Shown here: one piece after another, positions 25,230-37,964 of the stretch
Position numbering within the stretch: position 1 is the first letter of the stretch
Layout of the letters: each line of letters starts with the position of its first letter
Assembly (NCBI RefSeq): GCF_009834535.1
Contig: NC_045697.1
Location: forward strand, 57,662,001-57,726,000
Length of the DNA stretch: 64,000 nt
Direction of reading: 5' to 3'
DNA from: Camelus ferus
Taxonomy: Eukaryota
Notes under the pieces: model-generated
The model's database searches: none
Told to the model about the DNA's origin: nothing
Seen by the model: only the letters and a program-made list of their open reading frames with translations
Translations under genes and position numbers: made by a program

Positions 25230-27260
25230 ATTTTTATTTGGAAAGTGTAGTCCTTTTCAGGTTAACTGGTGTGGGATTTACCATTTTGTTTTTGTTTTTT
25301 GTTTTTCCTATTATTTGGTTCCTAGGTGCCTTTTTCCTTCTTTCTTATAGGTTAATTTGAAAAGTAGTATTGTATTTTAATTACTCTATTGAATTTGAAG
25401 GTATATCTATTTGCTTTATTTTCAGTACTTGATCTGGGTATTATAATATGCATCATTAACTTATCAAATGTGCATAGAGTTAATATTTTACTACCACACA
25501 TAAAATGTAAGATCCTTTTAACAGTACAACTCGATTTACTGCCCTGTCCTTTGTGTAATTATTGTCACATATATTGTATTGACATATATTTAAAAACACA
25601 GTACAGGGTAATGATTTTAATGATTTTTAGTCTCCCACATCCATTGCTCTTCATTTCTTCCAGGAGATCTGAGTTTCTACCTGTTTTTTTTTTTTCCTTC
25701 AGCCTGAAAAATTTCCTTTGGCTTATTTTGCAATATACAGACCTACTGGTCATGAATTCCTACAGTTAAGAGTTATATAAAAATGCTTTTATTTTGCCTT
25801 TATCTTTGAAATACTATTTTTCTGGATATAGAATGCAGAGTAGAATATTTTTTTTCCTTTCAGTTCACTACTTTGGAATATTTCATTCCTTTTACCTCTA
25901 ATTTCCATTATTCAGATAGAAGTCAGTCGTAATCACTAGTACCATTGCTCCCTTTAGGTAATATGATTTTTTCCTCTGCTTTCTGGCAGTAGTATGCATG
26001 CAATATTTTAATTGTTTTTTTAAAAATTATTTTCAGCAGTTTGACTGTAAGCTCAGATATGTTTTCATTTGTCTGGTTGTTTTATTCCTGCTTGAAGTGG
26101 GCTAAGTTTCTTGGATCTATAAACTAATTTATTTTTAAGTTGACCTTGATAAATATTCAGCCAATATTTCTTAAAATATTTATTTGCCCCATTCTCTCAT
26201 TCCTATCTTTCTGGGTCTTTTATTATATATATATAGAGGACTTGATATTGTCCCACATGTCACTGTAATTATCTTCATATTTTTTCAATTATATTCTCTG
26301 AAGAAAATTTTATTCTCAAATTCATTAACCCTGTCATCTGCACCTCCAATCTTCTGGTAAGCCAATCCAAGAAATGTATCATTTTAGTTATTATACTCTT
26401 CAGTTTTAGAATTCTGTTTCCCTATCTATCTACCTATATATCTATATTTTTCTTTTTTTCTCATAAGATTCTACATCTGCTATTAATGATGATCATATTT
26501 ATATTTAAGTAGTTAGATGTGCACTTGATAAATTACTCTAACATCTTTGTCTTGAAATTCCAATACTTGAATCATCTCTATGCAGTTTTCTGTTAAGCTG
26601 TGTTTGCCCTTTTCTAAGTTTTATATGCTTAGTATTTTTTTTTTTAATTTTGGCCACAATAGTGTGAATAGTAGTATATTTGGTTTTCTTTCCCTTAAGT
26701 GTGTGGATTTTTCCTAAGAAGAAGTCATCTTTGCTGAACTTAAACTGCAAACTCAGTTTCCCCAGCAGTTGACAGCAGCTGAAATCTTCACTCAGTTTAA
26801 AATGTTGCTTTCACTAGCTCCTTGGATTCTTCACTATAAGTGCACAGTTTATGAGGTCAGCAAGAATTTGGAGCTTGTATAAATATTTAGGTTTCTCTGT
26901 CTGTAGCTCCTTCCTTTTTATCATTTTCATCTTCACCTTTCTGCTGCTCTGGTAACCCCAACTGTGAAAGCTTGCTAATACTGCAGGACAACCATGGCAT
27001 TCTGTTTGAGTTCCCAGCTCTCATCTCTGACACCTGTGGTTTAGGGAGCACTCTCAAGTAGGAATTCTTATATATACTAATCTCAGTTTTCTTCTTTCAT
27101 GGTATATTTCTCCCAAAGTTTATGCCTGTTTTCTTTTCTTTTCTCACAAATAACTACAAACAGCTGTTTTCCAAAATATTTCCCATCATTTATAAGTGTC
27201 TAATAGAGCTTGGTCTGATACACCTACTTGTGTACTTTCAGAAACTTTCAAAACAAACCA
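25230..27260 (-). mobile_element. Old L1M fragment (ORF1 / 5' region)
   Basis: Long T-rich antisense L1 with ttttctggatatagaat, tttcttggatctat, ttcagccaatatttctt. Confidence 0.7.
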
Positions 27261-27830
27261 AGTTGTATATTATTAAGCAATTTTACAAAATACATAGACC
27301 AAACACATTTTTTTTTTTTTTGCAAGATAAAGTATAGTGACTTGGAAGCAGTTTATTTTGGTGATGGCAGTCATTTGTGTTCTTTCCTTGTGTCTAATTA
27401 TATCAGTATCAAATTCCTAATAACATTGCAGAATGCTTATTAGTCTGTGTAATTTGAGCTCAAAGCTATAGACAGCAGCGTAACTACTAATGAAAATGTG
27501 AGGAAAGAATTCACCCAGTATAAAAGAGAGGATCACTCTTTTTTTTACCTAAGTGATCTCACCTTTGTCTAGTGACTAAATTATGCACTAGAGTCTTAGG
27601 ACTCACGTTTTTCCTTTGTGATTTATACCATCTTAACACAATGGCTGTTTCTAACTTAGTGAATTCAAATCTAAGCATCTGAAACCCAACATGTCTAAAA
27701 TTTAGCTCATCATCTTTTCCCCAAACTCTCCTACTCTTGTGAACAGAGAAGAACAAAGGACGTTGCTCACCACCCAGTTCTACAAGGATTAAGTCATAAT
27801 CCACTGCAGTCGCTGATTGACAGTGCATTC

Positions 27831-28205
27831 TGAGAGGAAATTAAAGCAATAACAAGATAAAGCCCTCTGTGTTTTGGACAAGCAGGCCTCTTTGATAGTT
27901 AGATGTATATCTTAGGAGAAATTTTAATGACCCTAGATTCTTGCATCTTTCCATACATAGAAAACACTAAAATCATTAACTTGAGGTATCTATGTGACTA
28001 GCAGTGATCTTTTAACAAGGTGTATGCTTAACTGCACATATTTCCCAGCCAAAAACCACATATAATCTGGCTCTTCCTATACCTCTTCAGAGCAGTGTCC
28101 TCAGAGCTGATGTGAGTGGTTGTCTCCCAGGCCATAGTCCTCACTAAGCCTCTGAATACAACTTAAACTCACAACTCATGTTGCATGGCTTTCTTTAAGT
28201 TGACA
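27831..28205 (+). mobile_element. ERV1 solo LTR, MER34-like, inserted in an L2 fragment
   Basis: TG...CA ends, terminal aaactcacaactcatgttgcatggctttctttaagttgaca. L2-like sequence on both sides (about 27640-27800 and 28210-28390). Confidence 0.65.
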
Positions 28206-29382
28206 CTTAAATCTCTAAATTTTTTTCTGTCTACTTCGACACACTTGTATAATCACTGTCATCTTTTACCTGGCTTCTTCAGATAGTTTTCTTTCTAGTT
28301 CCTCTGCCTCCAACTTGCTTCTTTCTTATATTTGACCTGGATAATGCTCAGAATGATCATTTTAAACCCTAAGTTTAATATATTACCTTCATTAAAAAAA
28401 AAAAAACTATACAGAGGTATGCTTTACTTTGTGAAAACAAAAGTTTTCAGAGGTATTTTGAATTCTTAGTATAAGTTCTTATTGTATATATTTTCACTTA
28501 ATATGAATATACATGAATTTTACTTAAACTGATAAAAATTGAACAAATCAGCTTTACTGACCAAGAGTTAGAAAAATCAAGAATATGATCAACAGCAGAT
28601 ATATTCAAAACCAAGTATTTGCTAGAATCAAATACCGGCACGGAGCTAGAATTGAGTAGTTAATTCCTATTAGAATGAGTGTTCATTTGGAATATAATAT
28701 CTTATAGACCATTTTATCATTTGCCATATGTTATGTAATTACATAAGTGTTGGTATATGCTGTGAATATGCTGCAAATTAACAACATTTCTTGTTTCTGG
28801 AAAGAAAATGAGAAATTAATTTGGCAAATGTCAAGTTCAGTTCATGTCAAGATGCTTTTTGTGCCATGATCCATTATGAAAGATTAAGCAGATATGTTCT
28901 ATGAAACAGATCAATTTGGGGGCAGCAGCTGTGGCTCACAGTTTTTCATTTGGCAGATTCATTCCACCTGACTTCAGAGAAATTGAGACGATGATGTTTT
29001 CATAGTATGAGTATGTTTTTGTTTCCTTTGCCCAGTTCAATTGGAGTTGGTAAAGGAAAATAATATTTTCCTTTGATATCATTGGTTGAAAATAGTAATG
29101 ACAGTAGTTTTATTCTTTCACCAATAATTAGAAAATAAGTACAAATTAGAAATTCAGACCCCTACAGTTTATTTTAATGTAGCTTGGAATATCTATAAAT
29201 ATCATTAATTGTTCTGAGCAAAATATAACTTTAAATGATGTTTTAAGTCCACAATAAAGATGGATATCAGCAGTGAACATTGTATCCCATGCTTTTGTAA
29301 ACTACACATATTAAAATTGACTCCAGGTGGTGGGTTGGGGGTTGAGAGTGCAAACAGGTTGTAGTACTCCATAGTTAGGAGG

Positions 29383-29962
29383 TTTTTTTTTTTCAAGTAT
29401 AGTCAGTTACAGTGTGTTAGTTTATTGTGTACAGCACAATATCCCAGGCATGCATATACATACATACATTTGTTTTCATTTTTTTTTCATTAAAGGTTAT
29501 TACAAGATATTCAATATAGTTCCCAGTGCTATATAGAAGAAATTTGTTTTTTTTAATCTATCTTTATATATAGTGGCTAACATTTGCAAATCTCAAACTC
29601 CCAAATTTATCCCTTTCTACCTCTTTTCCCTGATAACCATAAGATTGTTTACTATGTCTGTGAGTTTGTTTCTGTTTTGTAGATAAGTTCATTAGTGTCT
29701 TCTTTTTTTTAGGTTCCACTATGAGTGATACCATATGGTATTTTTCTTTCTCTTTCTGGTTTACTTCACTTACAATGATGATCTCTAGGTCCATCCATGT
29801 TGTTGCAAATGGCATTATTTTATTCTTTTTTATGGCTGAGTAGTATTCCATTGTATAAATATACCACAACTTCTTTATCTAGTCATCTCTCAATGGACAT
29901 TTAGGTTGCTTCCATGTCTTGGCTACTGTAAACAGTGCTGCTGTGAACATTGGAGTACATGT
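29383..29962 (-). mobile_element. Young 5'-truncated L1 (ORF2 end, 3'UTR, polyA)
   Basis: ORF 29564-29869 reads MWYIYTMEYYSAIKKNKIMPFATTWMDLEIIIVSEV. PolyT tail at about 29383-29393. Confidence 0.92.
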
Positions 29963-30284
29963 AACCCATGAGGCATTATAAGTGTCTTGCTTCAATTCCT
30001 TGTTGAACAAAAATGTAACCCAAATTTTTCATCATTTTACACTTTCTCTCCATAGCTGTGTGTTTGTCAGTGCTCTTCGGTATAAAAGTACTTCTCATGA
30101 AAAGGGCATTTTTAAAACATTTTTACCAGAAGCATATTTTTGAATAATAATTTTAATTTGTATCTTGGAAAAATATGCAGACTTAAAAAAAAAACACTTT
30201 GAATTATTTTGAATTCCTTTCTGACTTAAACATTTACATAACTTTTGTAAGTATAACATGTCATCAAGGCTTTCAACAACTTAC

Positions 30285-30314
30285 TGTCTTGCCTGTGAGA
30301 TACTGTGTAACAAC
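30285..30314 (-). pseudogene. Candidate 30-nt micro-exon of the same relic gene
   Basis: Very good sites: ttttgtttctcAG and ACA|GTAAGT. The phase-1 reading (G)CYTVSHRQD is open. Confidence 0.5.
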
Positions 30315-30405
30315 CTGAGAAACAAAATATAATATTATAAATATAATATGGTGCAAGTCTATCTAGTTAATAACTTGTGTTTTTAATCTCTGTGAGGAAA
30401 CTGAC

Positions 30406-30574
30406 CTAACAGCATTCACTTCATTCTTTCTACTTGATTCACATGAAGGATATGCAGTGGTCTTCTAACATCCAGAACAACATGAACTTCATTTTGTTCT
30501 AAGTGGAAATAATTATTACTCCTTTTGTTATCCAGCATTGAATCATTTAACTCACATAGTAACTCCAGACAGAT
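30406..30574 (-). pseudogene. Candidate pseudo-exon
   Basis: Acceptor gattttAG, donor TAG|GTCAGT, 169 nt. Reads ICLELLCELNDSMLDNKRSNNYFHLEQNEVHVVLDVRRPLHILHVNQVERMK*MLL(G): 52 open codons, then a single TGA. Confidence 0.5.
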
Positions 30575-30712
30575 CTAAAATCACATGTATAATTATCTCT
30601 AGTTCTTTATTTGAAAGTTTTTAAATGAAAGTTTTACTCAGTTAATTTTTGCATAAAAGTTAAAGCACTATTAATATTATGGCAAATCAGCATAAATTCA
30701 AAGAATATTTAC

Positions 30713-30866
30713 ACTAAATCTTTTATTCCAAATCATTTAAAAAATTCCAGAGACCAAATCATCCTTGCATGAATTTAGTCTACATTTTAAAGCTCCAGTG
30801 ACCCAGATAATCTCTTTGAGGAATTCATCCTGCTATTTCATGATCCAAAGACAACACAACATTTCT
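30713..30866 (-). pseudogene. Candidate pseudo-exon (weak splice sites)
   Basis: Reads EMLCCLWIMK*QDEFLKEIIWVTGALKCRLNSCKDDLVSGIF*MIWNKRFS. Phase-2 start and phase-0 end fit both neighbours. Confidence 0.35.
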
Positions 30867-31297
30867 CTTAAAGACTAATGTTTTTATAATAAAATTAAAA
30901 AAAAAATAGAGAAACACCACATCTATTTACAAATATATATTAAGACCATAGTTTAATACTTGCAGAAATATGCTCCAAATATGTCTATTGTTTTGATTTG
31001 AATGTTTAAATACATAAACTAATGCATTTGTCACTTAAATGTGAGTAAGACAGTGGTGAGGTTTGGTATACTACTTTCTGTAAAGTATTTGAGAGTCTGT
31101 GCAATGAATTCATGAAAATGAAAGGCTCCAGAGGCATAAAGATTGGCAATGATTTTTTTTCCCCAGGGGAAAAAGCATACACACTATTATGCCAAAAGAG
31201 AGCATGTAAGTTTATGTTTCTTCCTTCTTATACACAAAGCTAGTGAATCTATCTCTTGAGTAGATTGTTAATAACACTGCTGAGAATAAATCATCAC

Positions 31298-31413
31298 CTT
31301 CAGAGCTCTGCATAGGTTCTAAATGCTGGATGCTTGACAATATATGAATGTTTAGAAACAGGGCAACAGAGGGTGTGGTCCAAAATCAGAACATTCTCTG
31401 CATATTCAACTGC
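31298..31413 (-). pseudogene. Candidate pseudo-exon with TPR-like motif
   Basis: Strong acceptor ttttgcttcacttacAG, donor AAG|GTGATG, 116 nt. Reads AVEYAENVLILDH.. (TPR helix B, A..YAE.AL.LDP). A shifted frame gives SVALFLNIHILSSIQHLE (TPR helix A-like). Confidence 0.55.
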
Positions 31414-31662
31414 CTGTAAGTGAAGCAAAAAAATTGAAAAGCCTCAGAATTTGGCAGTATGGGAAAAAAAGATTTATTGTAGCATTAAAAATGTCTATAA
31501 GTTGTTTGCTTTGTATTAGAAAAGAACTTCTAAATTGTTTAAATTGTGTAAAATTGTAATAAAATTATGGATTACCAGATTTCCAGTTTCTATATAGATT
31601 AGCTTAACTAAATAAATATTCTGAGCTATCAAAAGTAATTAAGAAAAATGTGAAACTTAACT

Positions 31663-32720
31663 GTTCGTTAGGTTGGTTTTCCTAGGAAAGCAGCAACTTA
31701 GATGGAGATATGTGAGTGTACAGGTGACTACTTTCAGGACCAACATCTTTGAAGGTATTAAAATAAAAAAGGTAGAATTGGGAAAAATGAAAGTTGAACT
31801 GTGACGCAGACCCTGTCTCATGGAGAGTTCTGGACTCAAAACTCTCCTTGAATTTGTCCCACCTTAAGTCAAGGAATCTGAACTTTGATACTGTTGCCGG
31901 AGGTTAGGTTCCTGTGTTGTCCCAGAAGGAATTCAGAGATAAGATATGGAGGTCAAGAAAGTAAAGTGAGGATTTATTAAGAGAGAGTTTGCTGTCAAGG
32001 GGAGGGTGAGCAGGCTCAGGTGAGCAGCTGTGCTAAGTTTCTTTAGCAAGCTGGTTACATAGAGTATAAAAATAAATAGGTGAAATATTCATTGGAGAGG
32101 AAGAGGTTTGGAGTTGTATTCCCTGATTTCCATCCCAGCTCCATCTTCCCGAGGGGAGGAGGGATTTTTGCCCTTATTTAGTCTTGATTGGAAGTGTAAT
32201 GGAGTCCGTGCATGATGGGTATTTCTAGTCTGCAAGGCTAATTTTATTTCAATGAGGGTGTTATGAGCAAAGGTTACATTGAGATGCTGGAAATTCTTGC
32301 CTTTTCCCCAGCTTTCTTTGCCTGCCCCCAGGAAACTTGTGACAGCAAAATGTGTGACTTCTTATCAGTTGGGAGATTCCAGCTTTTCTCTCTTTGCCTG
32401 CAGACTCCTGTTGTTCACAAGTTGTATGATTTCCTGCCATTTGGCCTGTGCCCCACTTTCTCTGCTCATATGTAGCTATCTGCATGCTCTAACAATACCA
32501 TACATTGACCAGTCATTGTATGCATGCTGCACCCTGGGGAGAGAGAAATGACCTTGGCTATGTGTATCTTTTCAACCAAGAACAATTCTCAGAGGAGGTC
32601 TCAGTCTATAACACAAAGCCAACAACGCTCCCTGCAGAGGGAGGAATAAACATCTCAATACAAAAAGGAGATCTGCCTTGGGCACTACAGTATCTGTTAA
32701 GAACAGCCCCTTGCAACGTT
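31663..32720 (-). mobile_element. Old ERV-L LTR (LTR16/LTR33-like) split by a younger LTR
   Basis: ggttttcctaggaaagcag..agatggagat and cattgaccagtcattg..gtgaccttgg-type motifs either side of the insert. Confidence 0.55.
31892..32494 (-). mobile_element. Younger ERV1-type solo LTR with 4-bp TSD
   Basis: TG (31892)...CA (32494), with ATAC on both sides (31888-31891 and 32495-32498). tttattaa near 31974 is a minus-strand polyA signal. Confidence 0.8.
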
Positions 32721-32917
32721 CAAGTGCATTTCCTTGAGTTATGGGAACTGGTTGGACTAGGATACTGGTTAGATTCTTTCTGAGGAGACTTCAAAGTGTA
32801 AGATATATAGGAGAAATTACCCTCATCCCTGCAGCTGTTCTCAAAATGGCAGTTCATACCTATCACCTCTGCTCCACCCATTGGAGACTGATCCTTGGCT
32901 ACCACCTCTCCGGGTCT

Positions 32918-33110
32918 GTGTTAGTTACATAGGGCTGCAGTAACACATTGCTGCAAATTTGGTGGCTTATAATAACAAGAATTTATTCTTTCATAGTTGT
33001 AGAGGCTGCAAGTCTGAAATCAAGGGGTTTGCAAGGTCAGGGTACCTCCACATATTCTAGGGGAAAATCTTCCTGGCTTTTTTCAGATTCTGGTGGCTCC
33101 TGGCATTCTG
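32918..33110 (-). mobile_element. MLT1 LTR fragment
   Basis: tgtgttagttacatagggctgcagtaaca..ggtggcttat..aatttattctttcatagttgtagaggctgcaagtctgaaatcaagg. Confidence 0.75.
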
Positions 33111-34025
33111 GAGCAAACACTAAGCAAGCTCTGAGGAAATGGTGCTAGATGAGGCCCTATAGGTAGAAAAGTAAACTTGTATGTTGAATATATGTCTCAT
33201 TCACAGTCAAGATACATCACTATCCCATCCAGGTGGAAAGAATCAATGTAAACAACTTGTCACCAAGTGGTTCCTGGAAGTTTTTGAGAGATGGTATCAT
33301 AGTGAGGACTCAGCATTTGTCCCTGTTAATGGAAAGTAGGACACTGTGCAGTCTCAGTAACTGGATTACCCTTGAATGAGACCATGCTCTTGGGCCCATA
33401 AATATTCTCCATCCATGATACCATGGCTACTCTGTTTATGAGCACACTGTGCCATTTGTGTAAGGAGCTGATAACAGAGGCTGTCTGATGCCAGTTGGCC
33501 AAGACATTATGTTCTCTTGTCTGTCTCCTATAATGGGTGTTAATGTGTAATGCCAAGATCATACTTTGTATATATACTTTTTCATATATCCATCTGCATG
33601 CTTCCTGCCTAGACCTCTTAGTCACCAAACTTCCATCTTTTCTCTTTTCAGGTCATTGATCAACTTGCCAAACTATTCACCAATGACTATGAATCAGGGT
33701 GTAGTCTTACCTCAGGTCACTTCTTTTTCTACACAATATGATGACCACATCCTCTGCTTCAAACTGTGCCTACTAGGAGGATTTTTTTTTTTTTTTTTAT
33801 TCACTGGTCTTTCAGGCACACAATGAATCAAGCTGTTATACAATAGCAGTCCTTTAAAAAAATATACGTATCCATATAATAATCCAACTCATGTATGAAT
33901 CAAAACCACACTTTTCCTTCCTCTGTCAACTGATTGTGAAGAAGTCCTTCATGTGACCATGAATGTGAGCTGAGAGAGAACCACTGGCAAAACTGTAGCG
34001 GATGACATGGTGTACTAGACACCTT
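33110..34025 (-). mobile_element. ERV-L internal pol remnant (RNase H / integrase)
   Basis: Minus-strand translation resembles ERV-L HVNAHQ, the ..TAECPxCQ zinc-finger end and TWWQVDYI..IDTYS. Track ORF 33326-33628 ends TETAQCPTFH. Confidence 0.75.
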
Positions 34026-34026
34026 G

Positions 34027-34437
34027 CTGTTAGGAAATAGAGTCTTCCATGGATTTCTCATGCTCCTACATGCCTTCTTGGGTGTGTCAGGAATTCAAGG
34101 TCATGACCACTTTTGGGCCATTTCTCTGGAAGGTTGAGATAACATTTCTCCCAGAACAAGAACTAGACTTGCTTTAAAAGAGGTATGCTTTCCAAAGTCA
34201 ATGTTTCTCAGTTGTGATACTGCATAGTATGCACACTACTCATCAACTCCTGTATCTCCCCTCCAGGACTTGGGAGTAAGAGAAATCAGTGCTAACAAGA
34301 ATCTTATGCCACCTGCTGTGCTGTGAATGAAAAAGCCCTTTGTTTTTGTGTCAGGGGTTTCCTGTTTTATCTGTGTCCTTAACACGTAAGGGTTAGCTGA
34401 TTAGGTTGTGAGTAATGTAAAATCCTAGCCCCTGTCA
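34027..34437 (+). mobile_element. ERV solo LTR inserted in the ERV-L internal sequence (family uncertain)
   Basis: tgttaggaa...cctgtca ends, LTR-like U5 after aatgaaaaagccctttgt. Confidence 0.5.
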
Positions 34438-34737
34438 CTTAAAACTCATGTAGCTCACATTTGCCTCTTTTCCTGCTTATGATAAATCCCGACTGTACTA
34501 CTTCTGTCATACGGTAGATTGCTGGTGGACCCAACTAACTTTACAATTTGTTTATCTACATTGCTAACCTTTTGATAGGCACTTTGGCTGCAGGGTCACT
34601 TTATTTTCCATAGTTAGGTGCTCTGTCTTGATCTGGAATCAGTTGCATACCAGGTGGTGTTAATCCAATAGTGTTTAATATCTTTGGCATAAATAATATG
34701 GACTTGTCCCAAAACCCAAATGAGTAATGGATATATG

Positions 34738-34782
34738 GTGTGTGCATGTGTGAGTGTGTATGTGTGTGTGTGTGTGTGTGTG
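34738..34782. repeat. (TG)n microsatellite, imperfect
   Basis: gtgtgtgcatgtgtgagtgtgtatgtgtgtgtgtgtgtgtgtgtg. Confidence 0.95.
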
Positions 34783-35020
34783 GAAGCACACTGTCAGATC
34801 TTCATTTAGGTTTATAAATGTGTTTATGAAAGGCACACATTGAAGAATTTAAAACTATAGTCTTAAGTGTTGTGTTGATCAGCATGCCAGAAGTCTCCTG
34901 AGGCTTTCCTGATTCATTAGGATATATAGAAACTAGCAAGTTGTGGAATCAATGAATCTTAACAACAGAAATTCAAGTAGATGCTCTCCAAGGGTTCTCT
35001 GATTAATACATATATCTTAC

Positions 35021-35213
35021 CTCAAACAGAAAAGCAGAAACCTGTGTGGATTCATTCCATAATAAAGAAAAAATTTCTTCAAACTGTCATTATAATGAAG
35101 CTTGGTAACTGTCTCTATAATGGAGTTGATTTCTGCAGGTTATACTGCCTTTTATTTTTTCCATAATCATGTATCAACCTTTTCTTCAAATCTGATACAT
35201 TCTCTAAGAAGTG
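35021..35213 (-). pseudogene. Candidate pseudo-exon
   Basis: Strong donor GAG|GTAAGA, acceptor tttctAG. The final frame reads QFEEIFSLLWNESTQVSAFLFE and joins AVEYAE in phase 0 to give a TPR-like unit. Confidence 0.42.
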
Positions 35214-35384
35214 CTAGAAATTTTCTTCCCAGATATATATATATATCTCCACAACTTTAAATAAAGATGACAAATAATAAAATTTGGACTAATACTACTA
35301 ATGGAAGAAAAATTCAATGTAAAAAGAAGCAAAAGACAACAAGACACTAGGGGAAGACATCAGTAGTAAATGAATAAATAGAGA

Positions 35385-35665
35385 GTACCTGTTGGATGTG
35401 TTCATTCATATAAAATTCTAGAAAATGCAGACTTATATAGCAAAGAAATAGTCAACAACAGATCAGTGGTTGCTTGGAAATGGGAAGGGATGAGGGAGAG
35501 GCAAGAGGACAGAGAAAATTTTGGAGGATGATGTTTCTTGTGTTGATTGTATTGATGGTTTCAGAGATCTATTTGCATCTACATCTATATATTACTACTC
35601 AATGTATGCACTTTATTTTTTGACAATTTACCTCAATACTGATGCTTAAAAATGAAAATTTAAAA
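35385..35665 (+). mobile_element. Old L1M 3' end
   Basis: ttcattcatataaaattctagaaaatgca..cagatcagtggttgcttgg..ttgattgtattgatggtttca. Confidence 0.7.
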
Positions 35666-36829
35666 ATGCAACTTAAACCTCAAGTTTTTTCTAGCTGGAC
35701 ACTTTTTTCTTTCTTTTTCATAAATCAAGTGATAATGAGAAATGTCAAGGATAATACTATCAGTATTAAAATTCCAGTTTTAAATAAATATTTAAATAAA
35801 TATTAAAATACCAGTTTTTCATGTATATGCACTTTCTTCGTTATTTTGTAAATCTATCCCAGCTGTTAGAGCTTATTCAAAACTTAGTTTGGGTGGATCA
35901 AGTTAGTATTATCCATTAATGAATTAATAGTTTCAGGTTGAACTTCAAGTATTACACTGTTGTTTCTTAGTTATATTTATCAGCATTTGCTCTGTGTCCT
36001 GTATCTACATACTGTCCTGAGATGTATTCTCATTAGTTCTTCATTAAGCATCTAGAATGAAGCTGAACTTATCTCCCCAGTACTTCTTTAACTTCAGTAG
36101 CAAGATAGTATTAGATAGTATTAGTATTAGTATCACTATTAGACCATTAATATCATTTTGTAATACAACTCAGTACATAAAGAAAATACATTTTGGTAAC
36201 ATTTTGTACTATTTGAAGAAGATCTCACTTAAAGTACTATAGTTTTATAGATAACTGAAAGGACTGGTTTTGAAATTACTTGTATGCTGACATGTGACTG
36301 ACCTTTCATACCAGTGTGGTGTCTTTTACATTACAAAGAATAGTCAGTTAGGCCTGTCTGATTTTCTTTTTTTCTTCCATGATGCTTGCATTCTAAAATC
36401 TTAATTATATCTTAATCATCATATTGTCTTCTTCTGATTTATATTTCATATAATCTTTAGCAAGTTAGTTCTAAAATAAAAATACAAAGCAAAAAAAAAA
36501 AAAAAAACCACCTTAACATGGACATACTGGCTTTTATAGATACAATACTATTTCTGTGCCTGTATGACATATTCTATTTCCTACTACTTTGTGATAAATA
36601 TTACCTTGTTTAGCTCTGTATTTCTGTAGATACATGTTCACCTCAATAGTTTGTTTTCTTCACTATTTTCACATATATTTCCCAGGAAATATTGTTAACT
36701 ACAGGACATAGCATTTTCTTTTATTTCTATGTATCATTTCCACAAATACTTTTTAAAAAGTAGGACATACAGTGAAGGAGGAAACTTGTTACCTGCTTTC
36801 CTGTAACGTACTAGCGCTTCCTATCTCAC

Positions 36830-36942
36830 CTTTCTTTTGTGTTATGCTGAGAACAGTGTAACCGAATCCCTCCTGCGGTTGTGAACTCCATCCATATTGA
36901 AAAGGTAATGAAAAACTGCCTCCTTGATCACTTTTAAGGTTT
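36830..36942 (-). pseudogene. Candidate exon, fully open
   Basis: Acceptor ttactcatAG, strong donor AAG|GTGAGA, 113 nt. Reads NLKSDQGGSFSLPFQYGWSSQPQEGFGYTVLSITQKK with no stop. Several CpGs are retained locally. Confidence 0.45.
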
Positions 36943-37293
36943 TCTATGAGTAAACGTTTCCTTCTGTTTTTATTCTATAAAAATTACTTTTAATGCAAAT
37001 ACTCATCCTTTGGAAATTAAATGTAGTGTGTTTGCCTGAAAATATTCCATATAGGGATGGTGGTTATGAATATTATTCATTGGTCCTTTATCCCTGGACT
37101 AGCTGCTTGTAATTGATTGTGAGCTACAATTAGTGAATGCTGTCGATATCCTCACATTATAGAGAGTTCTGTATGAAGCATAGTAAAGTGTTTGGCCTGG
37201 CTACCAAGATGTAAATATTGAGGAATTTTTCTTTTATTTCTCTTTTTAAGACTAATCAGTAATAACGTGTTTTCTCTTATAAAACATGCAGTC

Positions 37294-37772
37294 ATGTGGC
37301 AGATGGCAAAAATGACCACCAATCTTTGTATTCCACTTTTGCAATGTCACTTTGCAGCAACTTACATAAACTGGTAGAGTCTATGCTTTTACCACTTGAA
37401 TCTGGTTAGACCATGTGATTTGCTTTAGCCAGTGGGACAATAAAAAATATGATGGGTGAATAGCCTTGGCTTATTCTTTGGAGTTTACACACTTCTGATC
37501 CTCAGACTCCCCCACCACTGTGTAAAGTAGCCCTCATTAGCTTGCTGGAGGATGAGAGATTCAGTGGAGGAAGGCACCAGGTGTTTTTGATCATCTCAGT
37601 GTCTTCAGTTGAGGTGCCAGAGAATAACTGAGCTGAGCCCAGATTAGCAGAATCATTCGATCAAGCCCAGACAAAATTATACATTTAAAGATTCATAGGC
37701 TAACAAAGTGATTGTTATTTTAAGATGTTAGTTTTAGGGGTATTTTCTTAGGCAGCAAATGCTAACTGAATC
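37294..37772 (+). mobile_element. MLT1 (F-like) solo LTR
   Basis: tgtggcagatggcaaaaatgaccacc..ttgaatctgg..ccatgtgatttgcttt..ttgttattttaag..gcagcaaatgctaactga. Confidence 0.75.
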
Positions 37773-37964
37773 TGTAATTAAAGTGAATTAATTTAAAACC
37801 TGCACACAAGTTCTGTAATAATAATAAATAGTGACTTTTCCTGGATTTCTTTACTATTGATTATAATATTTTGTGTTTATAATCACATAAAAATCCAGGA
37901 TAAATGGAACATTATAAGATTAAGATACCAAAGAAAACCAAGAACTATAAGTTAGAGAGGCATT

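Noticed and set aside
28957..29010. Plus-strand FIPPDFRE after a good acceptor, resembling TBC1D25 N-terminal FLPPEFRS
   Set aside because: Opposite strand to all other exons, only 8 residues, and a stop follows soon after. Treated as coincidence.
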